64,000 nt of DNA from a bacterium. GTDB lineage: Bacteria > Zhuqueibacterota > Zhuqueibacteria > Residuimicrobiales > Krinioviventaceae. The stretch covers positions 96,001-160,000 of the forward strand of contig CAXXFV010000027.1 of the NCBI GenBank assembly GCA_963674595.2, given 5' to 3'. Of the stretch, positions 60,948-64,000 are shown piece by piece. The first letter of the stretch is position 1, and every line of letters begins with the position of its first letter. Both the position numbers and the translations under genes were made by a program. The notes beneath the pieces were generated by a model. That model ran no database searches. It was given only the letters and a program-made list of their open reading frames with translations, and had not been told where the DNA came from.

Positions 60948-61790
60948 ATGAAAAAGGTTTTGATTGCCGGAACAACAGGATATTTGGGACAACACGTTGT
61001 AAAAGAGTTTAAGGCGCAGGGATATTGGATTCGCGCACTGGCAAGAAATGCCAAAAAGCTTGAAAATTTAATAGGATATATTGATGAAATTGTAATAGGT
61101 GATGTTACCAATCCCGAATCTTTAACGGATATTTGCAAAGACATGGATTATGTATTTACATCCATAGGCATTACAAAGCAAAAAGACAATTTAACATATA
61201 TGGATGTGGACTATCAGGGTAATAAAAATCTTTTGGATAATGCAAAAAAACATGGCGTATCTAAATTTATTTATATTTCAGTATTTAACATTGATAAATT
61301 GAAAAATCTAAAAGGTGCGCATGCCAAGGAAAAATTTACAACAGAGTTGAAAGAATCAGGAATAAATTATCTTGTTATTTATCCGAACGGATTCTTTTCA
61401 GATATTTTAGAGTACCTGCGAATGGCCAAAAAGGGACGCGGTTATGTTTTCGGTTCCGGTGAATATAAACTTAATCCGATTCATGGAAATGATCTGGCAA
61501 AATTCTGTGTTGAGGGTGTTGCCTCTAAAGAAACAGAGCTTGATGTTGGAGGTCCGGATGTTTTTACGCATAATGAAATTTTAAAAATGGCTTTTGAAAT
61601 ATTATCTAAACCTGTTAAAATATCCGGCATACCAATATGGTTAAAAAATTGCCTTTTAAGCTTAATGCGGACATTCACATCGTCCAAAACATATGGTCCC
61701 ATAGAATTTTTCATGACGGTTTTGGCCATGGATATGGTGGCCCCTACATACGGAAAGTATCATTTAAAACAATATTTTTTTGGAAAATAA
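60948..61790 (+). CDS. Atypical SDR / NmrA-like NAD(P)-binding oxidoreductase
   Basis: VLIAGTTGYLG; DVDYQGN; NGFFSD; NPIHG. Confidence 0.88.
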   Translation: MKKVLIAGTTGYLGQHVVKEFKAQGYWIRALARNAKKLENLIGYIDEIVIGDVTNPESLTDICKDMDYVFTSIGITKQKDNLTYMDVDYQGNKNLLDNAKKHGVSKFIYISVFNIDKLKNLKGAHAKEKFTTELKESGINYLVIYPNGFFSDILEYLRMAKKGRGYVFGSGEYKLNPIHGNDLAKFCVEGVASKETELDVGGPDVFTHNEILKMAFEILSKPVKISGIPIWLKNCLLSLMRTFTSSKTYGPIEFFMTVLAMDMVAPTYGKYHLKQYFFGK

Positions 61791-62058
61791 AGATAAAATA
61801 TAAAGACGAATACTTGTAAAAATCAAGTTGATGGCAACTTTTTCCATTTCACACCTATGCCGACCAGACAGTTATAATCAAAAAAACCTTTGATTGTAAA
61901 ACCTGCATTTTTAAAATACCTCCTATCAACTTTGCCTCAAAAAAAATGAAAAAAAATTCATATTTTCGTTGCATAATTTATTATAATTTATTACTATAGA
62001 CAACTAAACAATGAATAAGGTTCAGAGGGGATTACAGTAACACTCATCAGAAAAGGAG

Positions 62059-63363
62059 ATGGAATTGAAAAAGCTAGCATTTGTAGCAGTCGCATTACTG
62101 TATCTAACTGTTTTATCACCTCAAGGTTTAATCGCCCAAGAATCAGGAACAAAGCTCAAATACGGATTTAATGAGCGTGTGCGTAATACTTATTTCAACA
62201 ATATTATGGATTGGAATGAGGATGCGGACGATAAAAACCATTTTTTCAGAATCCGTAGCAGTCTTTGGGCACAATATTCATTTGCACCAAAGGCCCTGAT
62301 TTATGCAAAATTAACAAACGAAAACCGCCCCTATATTTCTGATCCTAAAGATCGTGATTATGATATACACGAAATCTTTTTTGATAATTTATATGCCAAA
62401 ATCTCATTTGGCTCCTCTATACCAACTACCCTGACCATCGGTCGTCAAAACATTATATACGGCGAAGGTTTTATTATGCTGGAAGGCGGTCCCTGGGATG
62501 GTTCGCGCGCTATTTATCATGATGCCGTCAAATTATCCATGCAAAAAGGAAAAACAACCATTGATCTTCTCGGTATCAATAATACTGCAGAAGAAGATCA
62601 TTTGCCTTTGATTATCGAGGCTGATAACGCGCAAAAAATGAATGATACTGACGAGGTTGCTTTTGGTACTTATATCACCAACACCTCAAAAGCAAACCTG
62701 AAACTTGAAGGTTATTTTTTCAACAAAACCGAAAAGTTTGACACAGAACTAAAAACCAATACCATTGGTGGTAGAGCAACAAAATCCGGAATGGGAAATC
62801 TTTCCCTTGTTACGGAATGGGCTTATCAGTTTGGTTCACAGGGAGATACTGACATCTCTGGTTTTGGCGGATACGGTTATTTGTCCTATCTTGCTTGTAA
62901 AAAACGCAACACAATCTTAAAAGCAGGCGCCAATTATTTATCAGGAGATGATCCGGAGACAACTGATAAAAATGAAGGCTGGAACCCGATTTTCAGTAAA
63001 TGGCCAAAATGGAGTGAATTGTACATTTATTCTCAAATACCGGAAAAAGGTAAAGTAGCCTATTGGACCAACACTTTTTCCCCCTGGGTGAGTGTTAATC
63101 TAAATCTGTGTAAAAAAGTCAATTTTTCAGCCACTTTTTATCATCTAAAAGCTATTCATTCCCTGCCCCCTGCAGAAGGCAAACCTTTCGGGACCGGAAA
63201 AACACGGGGCAATGAAATACAATTATTGTTCAAAATCAAATTTAACAAACTTTTAACAGGTCACTTTTTATATGACTATTTTTCTCCCGGCGACTATTAC
63301 AAGGAAGATCGGGTTAGTGGTCAATTTATCCGTGGTGAATTGATGTTTAACATTTCCAACTAA
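62059..63363 (+). CDS. Alginate-export-family outer-membrane porin
   Basis: Signal peptide; ERVR; IGRQNIIYGEGF; DGSRA; YLSGDDP. Confidence 0.8.
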   Translation: MELKKLAFVAVALLYLTVLSPQGLIAQESGTKLKYGFNERVRNTYFNNIMDWNEDADDKNHFFRIRSSLWAQYSFAPKALIYAKLTNENRPYISDPKDRDYDIHEIFFDNLYAKISFGSSIPTTLTIGRQNIIYGEGFIMLEGGPWDGSRAIYHDAVKLSMQKGKTTIDLLGINNTAEEDHLPLIIEADNAQKMNDTDEVAFGTYITNTSKANLKLEGYFFNKTEKFDTELKTNTIGGRATKSGMGNLSLVTEWAYQFGSQGDTDISGFGGYGYLSYLACKKRNTILKAGANYLSGDDPETTDKNEGWNPIFSKWPKWSELYIYSQIPEKGKVAYWTNTFSPWVSVNLNLCKKVNFSATFYHLKAIHSLPPAEGKPFGTGKTRGNEIQLLFKIKFNKLLTGHFLYDYFSPGDYYKEDRVSGQFIRGELMFNISN

Positions 63364-63407
63364 ATAGAATCGACATTGAACTCTGCACCTTCAGTAGGGA
63401 GAAAAGT

Positions 63408-64000
63408 ATGAACATTTTGTTTTTAACATCGATTGTACTTGTGTATCTGTTCATTATTGGTTTTTTAGCCTATTCCGGATATAAAAAAACCAAAGATGCT
63501 AATGATTATATGGTGGCCGGACGCAGTATTCATCCGTATGTCATGGCTATTTCTTACGGGGCTACGTTTATCAGTACCTCAGCGATTGTTGGGTTTGGGG
63601 GAGCTGCTGCGGTCTTTGGAATGGGGATTTTATATTTAACTTTTCTAAATATCTTTGTAGGTATTTTCATCGCTTTTGTACTTTTTGGCAAACGCACCAG
63701 GTCAATGGGATTGAACCTGAACGCCCATACTTTTCCTGAATTTTTGGGTAATCGGTTCCAATCGACATTTCTTCAGGGAATTACCGGACTGCTGATATTT
63801 ATTGCAATGCCGCTTTACGCAAGTGTTGTCCTTATGGGCGGCGCTCAGTTTATTGCCGAAGTTCTAAGTGTTAACTATAACGCAGCTCTGTTCTTTTTTA
63901 CCGTTATCATTGCCATCTATGTGGTTATGGGCGGACTCAAGGGTGTTATGTACACCGACGCTTTCCAGGGCAGTATCATGTTTATTGGTATGTTTCTGTT
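63408..64000 (+). CDS. Sodium:solute symporter (partial, runs off the window; not in the ORF track)
   Basis: MNILFLTSIV...DYMVAGRSIHPYVMAISYGATFISTSAIVGFGG; TFPEFLG.RF; GGLKGVMYTD. Confidence 0.92.
   Translation, partial: MNILFLTSIVLVYLFIIGFLAYSGYKKTKDANDYMVAGRSIHPYVMAISYGATFISTSAIVGFGGAAAVFGMGILYLTFLNIFVGIFIAFVLFGKRTRSMGLNLNAHTFPEFLGNRFQSTFLQGITGLLIFIAMPLYASVVLMGGAQFIAEVLSVNYNAALFFFTVIIAIYVVMGGLKGVMYTDAFQGSIMFIGMFL

Noticed and set aside
611-61819. Numerous short ORFs overlapping or antisense to long genes
   Set aside because: They are shadow ORFs lying within well-supported CDSs.

Overview
AT-rich bacterial chromosome segment. Secreted proteins ending in a 'QNYPNPFNP' T9SS/FlgD-Ig-like domain, a tricorn protease, a GH2 and many outer-membrane barrels suggest an FCB-superphylum anaerobe (KSB1/Calditrichota-like; inference). 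Main blocks: (1) 0.2-10 kb mixed secreted and transport genes; (2) 10.4-17.9 kb minus-strand operon with a glycyl-radical activase, a glycyl radical enzyme carrying an atypical 'GCHW' Cys loop, a URO-D/MtaA-like protein and a sugar ABC transporter; (3) 18.8-37.4 kb GH2, nucleotidyltransferase, Tat phosphodiesterase, glgB, tricorn protease and araB; (4) 38-55 kb minus-strand iron/heme-uptake-like cluster (LolA-like, DUF1302, flavodoxin, HmuY-like, TonB receptor, DUF2023, IrtAB-like ABC pair, four methyltransferases, MMPL, PepSY-TM, exported CbiX-like chelatase) with a structured leader, next to a decayed excisionase and tRNA-Arg(CCT); (5) rhaM, secreted proteins, a GTAG-REP tandem array, an SDR, an alginate-export porin and a partial sodium:solute symporter. 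A ~200-nt promoter-plus-two-hairpin non-coding element occurs twice (18.2 kb and 57.3 kb). Several genes carry single-base frameshifts that look like long-read assembly errors. Family assignments come from motif recognition only; no database search was run.
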